From Candidatus Eremiobacteria bacterium (GTDB lineage Bacteria; Vulcanimicrobiota; Vulcanimicrobiia; Vulcanimicrobiales; Vulcanimicrobiaceae): DNA of 64,000 nucleotides. The stretch's first letter is position 1. The number at the start of each line of letters is the position of its first letter. Below, in pieces: positions 20,366 through 31,248 of this stretch. The position numbers were made by a program, and so were the translations under genes. The notes beneath the pieces are model-generated. The model was not told where the DNA came from, ran no database searches, and saw only the letters and a list, made by a program, of their open reading frames with translations. Where the stretch lies: contig CAVWUU010000004.1 of the NCBI GenBank assembly GCA_963758295.1, positions 1,024,001 through 1,088,000 on the forward strand, given 5' to 3'.

Positions 20366-21205
20366 ATGGAGAGCGACAAGGATCTGCGCCAGCGACTAGT
20401 TGTGTTGATGCAGCGTACCCGCGCCGTGCGTTCGCAGAACGTCGTTGAGGCTTTTCTCGCGGTTCCGCGCCACGAATTCGTGCCCGATCAGCCGCTGGAA
20501 ATCGCATACGAAGACCGCGCGCTCGCGCTCAAGGAAGAAGGCGGGGCCGTGATTTCATCAATTTCGCAGCCGGGAATGATCGCGCAAATGCTCGAGATGT
20601 TGAACGTGCGCCGCGGGGATCGCGTCTTCGAAGTGGGCACCGGGAGCGGCTACAATGCAGCGCTGCTTTCCTCACTGGTTGGCGAAGCCGGCAGCGTTGT
20701 GACGATTGAGCTCGAGCGTGATCTCGCCGATTCGGCGCGCGAACGATTGACTGCGCTTGGCTACAACAACGTCGAAGTCCGAAACGGAGACGCGGAAACC
20801 GCTTCGATCGGACAAGCTTTCGACGGCATCATCGTCACCGCGCGCGCGGACGACATTGCCTCGGCATGGTGGGACGCTCTCAAAGACGGCGGAAGGCTCG
20901 TCGTGCCGCTGGATATCGCGTACGGCGGCGAGAGAGTCATCGCGTTCGTGCGCCAGGGCTCGCGTTTGCGCAGCATCGATACGCAAGCCTGTTCGTTCAT
21001 CTGCTTGCGCAACCATCAGGATGCCGGAACGCGCGAAATCTTCTACCGCAAAGCCGGCATGCGGGATCAGCAGCCGCCTGACGCGCGCGCGCCGATACAG
21101 ATCGTTGCGCGGCGGCGCGAAGACGTAAAGCCCGAGCTTTTGGAAACTTCCGACGTAGTTGTCGCACGGCCGCAGACGTTCTTCGGTATTACGAACGGCT
21201 CATAA
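20366..21205 (+). CDS. pcm: Protein-L-isoaspartate O-methyltransferase family
   Basis: AVPRHEFV, SISQP, EVGTGSGYNAA and GGRLVVP. Confidence 0.87.
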   Translation: MESDKDLRQRLVVLMQRTRAVRSQNVVEAFLAVPRHEFVPDQPLEIAYEDRALALKEEGGAVISSISQPGMIAQMLEMLNVRRGDRVFEVGTGSGYNAALLSSLVGEAGSVVTIELERDLADSARERLTALGYNNVEVRNGDAETASIGQAFDGIIVTARADDIASAWWDALKDGGRLVVPLDIAYGGERVIAFVRQGSRLRSIDTQACSFICLRNHQDAGTREIFYRKAGMRDQQPPDARAPIQIVARRREDVKPELLETSDVVVARPQTFFGITNGS

Positions 21206-22309
21206 CCGAAGGGTCGAAGCGTAACCGGTGAGCTCGACGTATGCGGCGCCTACGATGTGCCCCGATTTAGCATCGCGAACTTCCGCGTCGCCTTCCCAGT
21301 ACGTTATGCCGCCCGGATCAGCCAGTTCCTGATCGTCCAGCAAGGGCACGATCTCGAGTGATTGCGGAACGGCTCTGCCGCCAATTCGCCACGCGCTTGG
21401 ATAAACGGCGCCCGTGTGAGGGCTTTTCCATTGCGCCGTGGAGTCGATCGAAAAATCGCTTAACGGGATATATGTCACTTTCCCGTCCGCGGCAATCCAG
21501 CTTCCCGATGATTGCGGCGTCGTCGTGCCGTCGCGCTGACGCAGCCGGTAGAGCATTAATTCCCGTCCGTCATGCAGCTGAATTGCAAACCAGTCCCATC
21601 CCGACTGGTTCGACTGCAGTTCATCCGAGCCGAACTCGTGGTCCATCCAAGACTCTCCGTCGACCGAATACCGCGTACCGCCTTTGCTCAACGTCCCACG
21701 CGTCTGCAAGCGTGTGAACGAGTAGTAATGCGACGCACATGAATCGCAAGAGCCCTTGCGCGAAATTCCGCCGGCGCCATGAATCGCCGGCGGTTTGCGC
21801 GATTGCAAGAATAGATCTAGCTCGTCGCCGCCGCTCGTCGCTTTCAAATGCATCCGTGGGCGCACTTGCGCGGTCCCGCTGAGCGTCCATCCGTTGGCTC
21901 GAACGTCCAGGGTGCCGGCAGATGCGAATCCTTGGCCAAGCGCGTCGCGCGCGAGCGTCTCATGATAGGCGAATGACTTCCCGTCAACGTCGCTGATTGC
22001 GAAGTGCGCCGGATAGAGCTGATAAGCGTACCACTTGCTCTGCCCCGCGGCCCACTGGGGCGCATGCGGCTCCAACGCTACGCGGAAGAACGTCAACTCG
22101 AAGCCGAAGCGGTGTCCCTTAGGATCTTTGAGATGCCCCGTGAAGTACCACCACTCGGTCCGATACGTATCGTGCGCCGCATGGTCGCGTGGAAATGCGT
22201 AAGTGTAAGGCGCCGTTGCAATGCTGAATCGCTTCGCGGGCGCCGTCGCCACGAGCAACAAGGCGGCGCAAAGAAACATGCCCGCGCATCGCTGCGTTTT
22301 ACTCCACAC
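21200..22309 (-). CDS. AttH/CrtC-like lipocalin-fold secreted protein
   Basis: FPRDHAAH, EWWYFTG, WMDHEF, GWDWF and YWEG. Confidence 0.88.
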   Translation of the reverse strand: MWSKTQRCAGMFLCAALLLVATAPAKRFSIATAPYTYAFPRDHAAHDTYRTEWWYFTGHLKDPKGHRFGFELTFFRVALEPHAPQWAAGQSKWYAYQLYPAHFAISDVDGKSFAYHETLARDALGQGFASAGTLDVRANGWTLSGTAQVRPRMHLKATSGGDELDLFLQSRKPPAIHGAGGISRKGSCDSCASHYYSFTRLQTRGTLSKGGTRYSVDGESWMDHEFGSDELQSNQSGWDWFAIQLHDGRELMLYRLRQRDGTTTPQSSGSWIAADGKVTYIPLSDFSIDSTAQWKSPHTGAVYPSAWRIGGRAVPQSLEIVPLLDDQELADPGGITYWEGDAEVRDAKSGHIVGAAYVELTGYASTLRL

Positions 22310-24861
22310 GCAACACTTCGCTGGTTCGAATTTGCGAAGCGACGCGCGCTGGATAAAGAGCGGCTAGCAAGGCGGCCACAACTACCAGCCCCATCGCTTC
22401 AGCATAAAACGCGCCCGGCGAATGCCACTCGATGAGCCATCCGAAGCTCTGACGATTGATTACATAGATCAAGTCCGCCGCTAATGCCGTTCCCAGAATC
22501 ACGCCGAGCACTCCGGCCAGCACGCCCACCACGAGCGCTTGCGCGATCACCATTCGCGCAACACCGTTGCGCGACAGGCCTACGTAGCGCAGTAAGCCGA
22601 TTTCGAGCCGCCGTTCGAGGACCAGCGCGAACAACGTGCTGATCACACCCAGAACCGCGATGGCCATGCTAACGACGTACAAGGCGCTTGTGATGGCGAA
22701 CGTCCGATCGAAAATCGAAATGGCGTAAGCGCGAAGTTCGCGGTTCGTTGAAATGTCTATACGAAGCGGCCGCAACGCCCGCTCGATGTTGCTTCTAACG
22801 TTTGCAATGTCCGCTCCCGGCCGCACGTACACGGCAATCGAGTCGATGGTGTCATCGCGCCAAAGTTTCCGGTACGTTGTGCGATCGATGAAAAACGTTC
22901 CGCCGCTCGTCGAGTAATCGTTGTAAACCGCCGAGAATTTTGAAATGCGCCGCGCCCGAGGGGGTATCCAGCATAAAGTCGTCGCCGGCCTTCAAACCAA
23001 AATGCGTGCTGAAAGGTTCGCTTATGACGGCCGCCTGGCGTCCGCTCATTTCACCGGCGATAGCGGCGGGATCGGCATGTCCGATGAACCGCAGTTTGTT
23101 GCGCGCATAAAACGAGTCGACGTTGGTCGAACCAAGCTCGGCAAAACCGCCGCGAAACGCCACGTTGAATCCTCGATACGTATCCACGGCCGCAACGCCC
23201 GGAACGCGGGTAATTCGCTCGACCTCATTCGGCGTAAAACTTGCTCGAAAACTGGCATCTACCGCCCCGGGCGTTTTGACGTATAGATCCGCGGAAAGCG
23301 TATCCGAGGTCCACGCGACGACCGTCGAGCGGAACGAACCGACGAGAATCGCAATCGCGACCATCATCGAAACTGCTACGGCGAGCGAGGCAATCGCGAC
23401 GGAAAAGCGCTGCGGTGACGCTCGCAAGAAGCCGGCCGCAATGGTCGCCGACGGCCGGGTCGTGCGGAACGATCGAAGCACGTGGACCGCACCGGCTAGA
23501 ACGATCGGCGTACAAAGCGACGCTCCGGCGATCAACAGCACGCCGGCGGCGTAGCCGAAGAACGGAACCCCATGAATAGCAGGCAGCCGCATTAGCAGCA
23601 CCGCGACCGCAATCGCCACTACGCCGGCCGCCGCACTTCGCCCTGAAAGGCCCGGAACGGCACGTTCCGAGCCGGGACCTGCGCGCATGGTGCGCGCAGC
23701 CGGCGTCCAGGCGGCTTCGGCGGCCGGTGCAAGTGCGGAGAGCATGGCGAGAACGATGCCGGTAAAGAAAGCGCGCACCGTAGCCGGCCAGGAAACGACC
23801 ACTCTATCCGCGTGCGACCCCACGTAGAGCGACGACACCGTTTGCTCAACGGCGTCCACCGAGAAATGCGCCAGCGCAAATCCGATCGCGATGCCAAGCA
23901 ACGCGCCCACGGCCCCGTAAATTGCGCCTTCACTCAAGAATGTCACAAAAATCTGCGCGCGCGTCACGCCGAGCGCGCGCAGCGTTCCAATCTCGCTTTT
24001 CCGCTGCACCACCGAGATTGCCACGGCATTGTAGATCAGGTACATGCCGACAAGGAGAGCAACGTCAGCCAGCACTGAAAGATTCATTTGAAAACTCGAA
24101 AGCATCCGTTGAATCTCATTGAGCCGCGTATGCGGTTCCAACACGCGGACACCGGCCGGAACGGCGCGCGTTACCGCGCTTTCAACGGCGACAAGGTTCG
24201 CCGGCGGCACGATGAGATCGATGCGATCGAGCTTTCCGATGCTCTCGAACAGCGTTTGCGCCGTAGCGATATCGACAAACGCTACGCTCGAATCGACGCC
24301 TGCCGTTCCGGGCGCAATGACGGCTAGCACGGGCAAATGCACGCGCCGGGTTCCCGCATAAGCGTCGAGAAAGCCGCCTCGAACGTAGCGGTCGGCGATG
24401 CGTTTGCTCGTAATGATCCCTCGCTCGTCGATGAAACGATGCAGGTCAAACGCCCGATCGCCGTTGCGCGAACGCGCGGCATCCGGGACCGCCGCACGCG
24501 TTAGATCTATGCCGAGCACGCGAACGATTTCGCCGGACTCCGGCTGCTTGGGACGGACGCCGGCGACCAATTGTCCCTCGACTACGGGGCTGGCGCTCGT
24601 AACATGCGGTACGGCCTGCACGCGCAACAACGCGCGTTCGTCGAATCCCGTTCCGCCGGCGAAGACTTGAAGATTCACGTGGTTGGCAATAACGTCGATG
24701 CTTCGCGCAAAGGAATCGACTGCGGTAGCATTCGCGAGATCGATGGAATACGACGCCGAGACGCCGAGCGCCACGGCAAACAGCGTGACCAGCGCTCGCA
24801 ACGCATTAGCTCGCGCGTAGCCGACAACGAGCGCGCGCACCAGCAGCGCGCGTTCGCTCAT
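22299..24861 (-). CDS. FtsX-like ABC transporter permease, frameshifted near 22931
   Basis: Two FtsX-type repeats (EIGTLRALG and EIGLLRYVG). Removing one G gives KILAVYNDYS, continuing into ORF 22299-22832. Confidence 0.85.
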
Positions 24862-25580
24862 GTCTGCGCTTCGATGCGGCCGTCTCGCATTTGCACGCGC
24901 CGGTCGGCGCGTGCAGCCGCGTCCCCGCTATGGGTCGCCATCAGAATCGCCTGGCCCCGATCGGCCAGATCGCGAAGGATTTCCAGCACGTTTTCGCCGT
25001 TTCGCGTGTCTAAATTACCCGTCGGTTCGTCGGCAAGCAGAATCGCCGGCTCGTGCACGATGGCGCGAGCGATTGCGGCGCGTTGCAACTGGCCGCCGGA
25101 AATTTGCGATGGGAGCGCGTCCGCTTTGTCCGCGATTCCAACGGCTTCGAGCACCGACTCGACGCGCGTTTGTATTTCGCGGACCGGCCGGCGCTGTAAC
25201 ACCAGCGGCAGCGCAACGTTTTCGCGCACGCAAAGGGTTGGAAGCAAATTGAAAAACTGAAAGATCGTGCCGATACGGTTGCGCCGCAATGCCGTTAGAT
25301 CGTTGTCGTTCAACGCCGACGTTGCAACGCCGTCGATTTCAACGGAGCCCGCATCGGGCAGATCGATGCAGCCAATGAGATTGAGCAAGGTACTCTTTCC
25401 GCAGCCGCTCGGGCCAAGCAGCGCCACGAGTTCGCCCATGCCGACCTCCAGGTCGATCCCGTCCAGGGCGCGCACGCCGTTTTGGTACGTTTTTACGACC
25501 GCCGAACAAAAAACGGGCCGTCGCGTTCCGGCGACAACCCGTTTTGAATTTTCGGTTGCGTTGATGCGCGTCGAACTCAG
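24858..25580 (-). CDS. ABC transporter ATP-binding protein (LolD/MacB-like)
   Basis: [17 protein letters not shown] and ADEPTGNLD. Start uncertain. Confidence 0.88.
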   Translation of the reverse strand: MSSTRINATENSKRVVAGTRRPVFCSAVVKTYQNGVRALDGIDLEVGMGELVALLGPSGCGKSTLLNLIGCIDLPDAGSVEIDGVATSALNDNDLTALRRNRIGTIFQFFNLLPTLCVRENVALPLVLQRRPVREIQTRVESVLEAVGIADKADALPSQISGGQLQRAAIARAIVHEPAILLADEPTGNLDTRNGENVLEILRDLADRGQAILMATHSGDAAARADRRVQMRDGRIEAQT

Positions 25581-25828
25581 GCCGACGCCTTCTTGAAATA
25601 CTCCGCGTTGATTTCGATGAAGTTCGTCCACTTTTCCGGAATATCCGAGTCCGCAAAAATTGCCTCTACCGGACAAGCCGATACGCAGGCTCCGCAGTCG
25701 ATGCAGACTTCAGGGTCAATGTAAAGCTGGTCGTCTTCATCTTTCCCGTGAATGCAATCGACGGGACAAACGTCAACGCAAGACTTGTCCTTCGTTCCGA
25801 CGCACGGTTCGGTGATGATATAGGCCAT
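25577..25828 (-). CDS. Ferredoxin (dicluster, 7Fe-type)
   Basis: C-x6-C-xxx-CP and CIDCGACVSACP. Confidence 0.93.
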   Translation of the reverse strand: MAYIITEPCVGTKDKSCVDVCPVDCIHGKDEDDQLYIDPEVCIDCGACVSACPVEAIFADSDIPEKWTNFIEINAEYFKKASA

Positions 25829-25953
25829 GAGCTTTGAGACCCCTTAGACGGTGTTGAGTGTCGTAAACTTCGAGCGTGCTATTAGCAATGCTCCAAGCCT
25901 ACGCCTTCCCGCCGAAGGGGTCTCCGACTATTGTCTAGCCAGTCGTCGGGTCG

Positions 25954-26217
25954 TTAAGCTACTGTACGACGTCCCGCTACAGCGCGGACGATCCATAGCA
26001 ATACGACCGCGCCGATCACTGCGCAGATAAAGCTGCCGATGTTGAATCCGGTTACACCAACGTGACCGAACATGCCATACAGCCAGCCACCGAGCACTGC
26101 GCCGATGATGCCGACGATTAGGTCGCCCAAAACTCCCCCAGGCCCCTCGCCCGGAACGATCCACCGAGCGATCGCGCCGACGATGATACCGAAGATTATC
26201 CAGAGTAAAATGCCCAT
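25954..26217 (-). CDS. GlsB/YeaQ/YmgE (transglycosylase-associated) membrane protein
   Basis: WIIFGIIVGAIARWIVPG..GIIGAVLGG..AVIGAVVLL, with SD AGGAGG. Confidence 0.88.
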   Translation of the reverse strand: MGILLWIIFGIIVGAIARWIVPGEGPGGVLGDLIVGIIGAVLGGWLYGMFGHVGVTGFNIGSFICAVIGAVVLLWIVRAVAGRRTVA

Positions 26218-26329
26218 CGCTATCCTCCTGGCCTCAACATTGCCCCAGGAGTTCCCTCCTTAAACGGAAGTCGCCGGGAGAGGCGTCCAGGCAGGGCACG
26301 AACGCTGGACGGCGGACGTTTACCGCTAT

Positions 26330-27052
26330 ATGAAACGATTGCTGGCCCTGCTCGGCATGCTCGTTCTTGCGACAGGCGTGCCCTCTGCCGCTTTGGCGGC
26401 AACCACGCAAATTGCCGTAAGCGGCACGGGCACGGTGACTTTGATGCCCGACGAAGCGACGGTCAACGGCGCAATAACGACTACCGATCCGAACGCCGAA
26501 ACGGCAACGTCGCGAAACAACGCGTTGTACGAGAAAGCCGTGAACGCCGTTACAGCGCGCGGCATCGCCCGCAGCGATATCACGCTCTCGTACTACAACA
26601 TGAACTATCAGCCGAAGCCTGATTTTAGTCCGGGACCAATACCACCGGGAATCCCAGCGCCTTCCTATGGCTACACGGTCACTCGTTCTTTTGCCGTGAA
26701 AGTGCGCAATGTTGCGAAGGCCGGCTCGATCGTCGACGCATTAGCGCCCACAGCCGGCATCGACATCAACGGCGTTTCCTTTGGCCTGGCAGATCCGTCT
26801 GCTGCACGCAAGACGGCTACGGCCAAAGCGGTCGCCGATGCCCGCGAAAAGGCCATGGCGGTGGCCGCCGCGGCCGGATTGCATGTTACGGCCGTTCAAC
26901 GAATCGATCTAGAAGGCGCTTTCGCGCCTGGACCGGCCCCCCTTATGCGCATGAACGCCGAGGCGGCAACCGCAAAGGTCCCGACGACGTTCGATACGGG
27001 CAACGTGAACGTAACCGTCAGCGTGAACGTCGTCTACTCGGCAATTCCATAA
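26330..27052 (+). CDS. SIMPL (DUF541) domain secreted protein
   Basis: Signal peptide, IAVSGTGTV..PD, and AVADAREKA..A.AAG. Confidence 0.87.
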   Translation: MKRLLALLGMLVLATGVPSAALAATTQIAVSGTGTVTLMPDEATVNGAITTTDPNAETATSRNNALYEKAVNAVTARGIARSDITLSYYNMNYQPKPDFSPGPIPPGIPAPSYGYTVTRSFAVKVRNVAKAGSIVDALAPTAGIDINGVSFGLADPSAARKTATAKAVADAREKAMAVAAAAGLHVTAVQRIDLEGAFAPGPAPLMRMNAEAATAKVPTTFDTGNVNVTVSVNVVYSAIP

Positions 27053-27093
27053 AGGACGAAACTGCTGCGGCCCTCGACGGGTAGAGAAACCAC

Positions 27094-28998
27094 ATGACGA
27101 CGACTTGTGAGGTCTGCCGGATCCGCGACGCTACGGTCTTCAACGGCCGCACCTCGCTTTGCACCGCATGCGCGCAGCGCCGCTCGGCAACGAGCGCTCT
27201 TCCGTTCCTTGGCGCGGCACTCGCCGCGGCGGGACTGATTGCGGGCGGCGCCCTGATCTACGAGAACCGCGATGAACTTTCACGCAAACTAGGCGCGACT
27301 GGAACGCCTACATTGCAGAACTTCTCGCGCGACCTCACCGATCTCGCGAGGAACGGCAAACTCGATCCCGTCGTCGGCCGCGACGAAGAAATCGAACGCG
27401 TCGTTTCAATTCTCGCGCGGCGCAGCAAGAACAATCCGGTTCTTGTGGGCGAACCCGGCGTCGGAAAAACCGCCATCGTAGAAGGCCTCGCGCAACGCAT
27501 CATCGCCGGCAACGTGCCTGCAACGCTTCGGAACAAACGTGTGCTTTCGCTTACCCTTGGGCCGCTCGTGGCCGGCACCAAATATCGCGGCGAATTCGAA
27601 AGCCGCGTCAAACGCATTCTCGACGAAGTTAAGCGCAGTGCGCGCGACGTAGTGCTGTTCATCGACGAGTTACACACGCTCGTCGGTGCCGGTGCGGCTG
27701 AAGGATCGCTCGATTTGAGCTCTATGATCAAGCCGGAACTTGCGCGCGGCGAGCTGCAGTGCATCGGCGCAACGACGTTCGACGAATACCGAAAGTACAT
27801 CGAGTCCGATGCGGCGTTGGAACGCCGCTTCCAACCGGTGATGGTCGACGAGCCGTCGATCGAACAAACCATCGCCATTTTACGCGGCCTCAAAGACGGC
27901 TACGCACGCCACCATCAGGTGATAATCGAAGATTCGGCGCTTGAAGCGGCTGCATCGCTGTCCGCGCGATACATCGCGGATCGTTTCTTGCCCGACAAAG
28001 CCATCGACCTGATGGATGAAGCCGCCGCTTCGGTCGCGTTGCTCGGAAAGGGCATTTCGTCGTATCCCGCCGTGCGCGCTCAAGACGTGGCGGCCGTAGT
28101 CACCAAATGGACCGGCATTCCGCAATCGACGCTCTCCGAATCGCAAGCCAATCAATTGCTTTCGCTTGATGACACCCTTTCGAAACGCGTCATCGGCCAG
28201 CGTCGCGCGATCGAATCGGTAGCGCAGGCCATTCGGCGCGCGCGCGCCGGATTGCACGACCCGCGCAAACCGCTTGGAAGTTTTCTTTTTGCCGGTCCAA
28301 GCGGCGTCGGAAAGACCGAACTAGCCAAAGCGCTCGCAGAATCGCTGTTCGGCAGTGAAACCGCGCTCGTACGGATCGACCTTTCTGAATTTACCGAAGC
28401 GCACACGGTTTCGCGCCTGCTCGGCGCACCTCCGGGATATCAGGGTCACGACGAACCCGGACAGTTAACGGAACCCGTGCGCCGGCGTCCGTACTGCGTA
28501 GTGCTTTTCGACGAACTGGAAAAGGCGCATCCCGACGTCGCAGCGATCTTACTGCAAATCTTGGACGACGGCCGCGTTACCGATGCCAAAGGTCGAACCG
28601 TCGACTTCCGCCATGCACTGATCGTCCTCACGACGAATCTTCCCGAGGACGAAATTGCGCTCGAATTGCGTCCCGAGCTCATCAACCGCATCGACGACAC
28701 CGTGCATTTCAACACGCTGCAGTTGCCGCAGATCGAGGCGATCGTCGAAATCCACGTCGATGCGCTAGCCGAACGGCTCGGCGCCCGCAACGTGCAACTC
28801 CGCCTATCGGACGAGGCGAAGCAATACCTCGCAAAGGTCTCAATGGGCGCGGGCAGCGGCGCGCGCTACGTCGGCCGCACCGTTTCCCACTACGTCAGCA
28901 CGCCGCTTTCCACCGCAATTCTGCGCGGCGAGCTCAAAGACGGCGGCACCGCCGACGTCACCCTCCAGGGCGACTCTCTCGTCATCAACGCCGCTTAA
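27094..28998 (+). CDS. Atypical class 1 Clp/Hsp100 ATPase (two AAA+ domains)
   Basis: [40 protein letters not shown] and [10 protein letters not shown]-terminal CxxC..CxxC plus a hydrophobic helix. Confidence 0.9.
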   Translation: MTTTCEVCRIRDATVFNGRTSLCTACAQRRSATSALPFLGAALAAAGLIAGGALIYENRDELSRKLGATGTPTLQNFSRDLTDLARNGKLDPVVGRDEEIERVVSILARRSKNNPVLVGEPGVGKTAIVEGLAQRIIAGNVPATLRNKRVLSLTLGPLVAGTKYRGEFESRVKRILDEVKRSARDVVLFIDELHTLVGAGAAEGSLDLSSMIKPELARGELQCIGATTFDEYRKYIESDAALERRFQPVMVDEPSIEQTIAILRGLKDGYARHHQVIIEDSALEAAASLSARYIADRFLPDKAIDLMDEAAASVALLGKGISSYPAVRAQDVAAVVTKWTGIPQSTLSESQANQLLSLDDTLSKRVIGQRRAIESVAQAIRRARAGLHDPRKPLGSFLFAGPSGVGKTELAKALAESLFGSETALVRIDLSEFTEAHTVSRLLGAPPGYQGHDEPGQLTEPVRRRPYCVVLFDELEKAHPDVAAILLQILDDGRVTDAKGRTVDFRHALIVLTTNLPEDEIALELRPELINRIDDTVHFNTLQLPQIEAIVEIHVDALAERLGARNVQLRLSDEAKQYLAKVSMGAGSGARYVGRTVSHYVSTPLSTAILRGELKDGGTADVTLQGDSLVINAA

Positions 28999-29078
28999 CG
29001 CGCGATAAAGCCGCGTTGCCACGTCACAAACCAGCGCTACGAGCGCCTCTAACGGTTAAGTACGAAAGGGGTGAGGCG

Positions 29079-29525
29079 ATGTTTGCAACGTTGGTGCTGG
29101 CGGCTGCCGTGGCTTCGGAGACGCAGTTCTTCGATGATTTGCATGGGTCGTGGAACTGCGGCGGGGTAACGTGGACGATCGCGAAAGCTCCCGGCGATAG
29201 CGCTTGGACGACGGTGACATACGGTAAGGGTGATTCCATCGGTGGCACTGCGTACGTCGGCTGGATTCCACAACTGGAGCGCTACGTCTACCGCGACTTC
29301 CACAACGACGGCCCAATCGCCGAGCTCTCTTCTCCCGCTCCTACAAATGCCATGTGGACTTGGACCGGCAGTTACTATCCGTCCGACGGGCCCGTCGATA
29401 CTTCCGCGCACATCACATGGACGTACCAATCGCCGAACACGCTCGTGCGTCACTTCGGCAAAGTCACCGACGGCAAATACACTGAGATGGGCTCCGACCG
29501 GTGCACTCGGTCTTCTTCAAGCTGA
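29079..29525 (+). CDS. Secreted hypothetical beta-rich protein
   Basis: Short signal peptide, GSWNC..., terminal Cys, and SD GGGGTGAGG. Confidence 0.7.
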   Translation: MFATLVLAAAVASETQFFDDLHGSWNCGGVTWTIAKAPGDSAWTTVTYGKGDSIGGTAYVGWIPQLERYVYRDFHNDGPIAELSSPAPTNAMWTWTGSYYPSDGPVDTSAHITWTYQSPNTLVRHFGKVTDGKYTEMGSDRCTRSSSS

Positions 29526-29550
29526 CGCTCAGCGATTGCTATGGATGGCC

Positions 29551-29666
29551 CGTCAACCTCAGATTATCGAAGGACGGGCGCATGGCAACACCGCTCGATA
29601 CAAGCTTTTGCCTATTATGACGACGACGATTGCATGCGCCTGTCCTTCGACAAGCTCAGGATGACG
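29551..29666. repeat. Inverted pair of REP-like elements
   Basis: 29551-29584 is the reverse complement of 29633-29666 at 29 of 34 positions. Confidence 0.8.
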
Positions 29667-29802
29667 ATCGCTGGGGCTTTCGTCAGATGACGATCGCTGC
29701 GGCTTTCGTCAGATGACGATCGCTGGGGCTTTCGTCAGATGACGATCGCTGCGCGGCTTTCGTCAGATGACGATCGCTGGGGCTTTCGTCAGATGGCGAT
29801 CG
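29661..29802. repeat. Tandem array of five 26-28 bp palindromic units plus a partial unit
   Basis: ATGACGATCGCTG(G/C)GGCTTTCGTCAG starting at 29661, 29687, 29713, 29739 (28 bp) and 29767, partial at 29793. Confidence 0.95.
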
Positions 29803-30327
29803 TTAAAGAATAGCCTTGACGTCGGCTTCCATGTCCGAGCGGGAGAGTTCGCCGATGGCGATTTTACGTACGATGCCCTTGCGGTCGATGAAGACGTGGA
29901 CGGGTAAGCCGTTGATGTTGTAAGCGTCGCGCAACGTGCCCTCGTCGACGACGGCGGGATAGCTTAAGTGATGTTGAGACATAAAGGAGGCCGCTTTGGC
30001 GGAGTTTTCCAAAACATCAACGCCGACGACTTGCAAACCGCGAGACCCGTATTTTTGTTGAAGCTTGTCTACGTCGGGCGCTTCTTCGTTGCACGGCGGA
30101 CACCAGGAAGCGAAGAAGTTTAGATACACGGCCTTGCCGTGCAACGACTCCATTGATAACGTCGTGCCGGTCGCGGTAGGCTCCTGGAAATTCGGCGCCG
30201 GTTCACCAACGGCAGCGACCTTTGGGGCCGGCGCGTCGGTCGAGCTAGCGGAGCTATTGCCGCCGCCGCTATGGCAGGCAGCCAGCCCAAGCGCGGCAAG
30301 AAGAAACGCCGTATTTCGTGCGATCAT
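29803..30327 (-). CDS. TlpA/ResA-like thioredoxin lipoprotein
   Basis: Lipobox LAAC, NFFASWCPPC and GLP. Confidence 0.9.
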   Translation of the reverse strand: MIARNTAFLLAALGLAACHSGGGNSSASSTDAPAPKVAAVGEPAPNFQEPTATGTTLSMESLHGKAVYLNFFASWCPPCNEEAPDVDKLQQKYGSRGLQVVGVDVLENSAKAASFMSQHHLSYPAVVDEGTLRDAYNINGLPVHVFIDRKGIVRKIAIGELSRSDMEADVKAIL

Positions 30328-31235
30328 GCGTAACTGGGATACGCCACGGCGTGGAGATCGGTTTGCATTTGAGAAACGAATTCGTCCAAAGAAGCAAAGA
30401 CCCGCTGTTCGCGCACGTAGCGAAGGTCGCGCAAGGCGATTTCATGCCCGTAGATCGTGGAATGGAAATCGCGAATCCAAGCCTCTAAGGTGCGTTTCTC
30501 CCCGTTGAATTGCGGATTCGTTCCGATGGAGAGCAATGCGGCGTAGTCGCGGCCGTCGTAGCGCGCAACGGCGGAGTACACGCCGTCTTTCGGAAGCAAT
30601 TTTTCTTCCACGCGAAGATTAGCCGTCGGAAACCCGAGATCGTGACCGCGCCCAAAGCCGAGTTCGACGCGACCGCGCAATTCGTAGCTGTGCCCGAGCA
30701 GATGATCCGCAAGCTCGAGATTTCCGTCGCCAACGAGCGTGCGGATTCGCGTGCTCGAGATGCGCTCGTCGCCGTCAGTAACGTTCTCGACTGCCGTGAA
30801 TGCAATGTCACGGCCTTCAAAGTACTCACGCATCATCGCCGTATCTCCGGCGCGCTTATGCCCAAAGCGGAACGTACTTCCCACGGCAACGCCGCGCACG
30901 CCCAGACCGCCCACAAGCCGCTCGAGAAATGCCTCGGGCGAGAGCGTAGAAATCGATTCGTCGAACGGAACGAAGAAGCACTCTTCAATGCCCGCTTTGG
31001 CAATGAGATCGATGCGTTCTTCCGCCGTCGTAAGCATTGGCGGTTCGGAACCTGGGCGCAAGAACGCGGCAGGGTGATTCGCGAAGGTCAGCACGCCGCT
31101 ACGCCAGCCGGGTTTGCGAAGGCGTTGCGCGGCGCGTACGATTTCGCGATGGCCGCGATGCATGCCGTCGAAAAAGCCGATCGCGAGGACCAGCGGCCGG
31201 TTATTTTCGCGAAAGAGCTCGTGATAGATCTTCAC
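30324..31235 (-). CDS. ribF: Bifunctional riboflavin kinase/FAD synthetase
   Basis: GFFDGMHRGH, ISSTRIR and LGFPTAN. Confidence 0.95.
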   Translation of the reverse strand: MKIYHELFRENNRPLVLAIGFFDGMHRGHREIVRAAQRLRKPGWRSGVLTFANHPAAFLRPGSEPPMLTTAEERIDLIAKAGIEECFFVPFDESISTLSPEAFLERLVGGLGVRGVAVGSTFRFGHKRAGDTAMMREYFEGRDIAFTAVENVTDGDERISSTRIRTLVGDGNLELADHLLGHSYELRGRVELGFGRGHDLGFPTANLRVEEKLLPKDGVYSAVARYDGRDYAALLSIGTNPQFNGEKRTLEAWIRDFHSTIYGHEIALRDLRYVREQRVFASLDEFVSQMQTDLHAVAYPSYA

Positions 31236-31248
31236 GTTACCCTAAACC

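Noticed and set aside
29661..29802. CRISPR array
   Set aside because: The units are head-to-tail with no unique spacers, and no cas genes are in the window.
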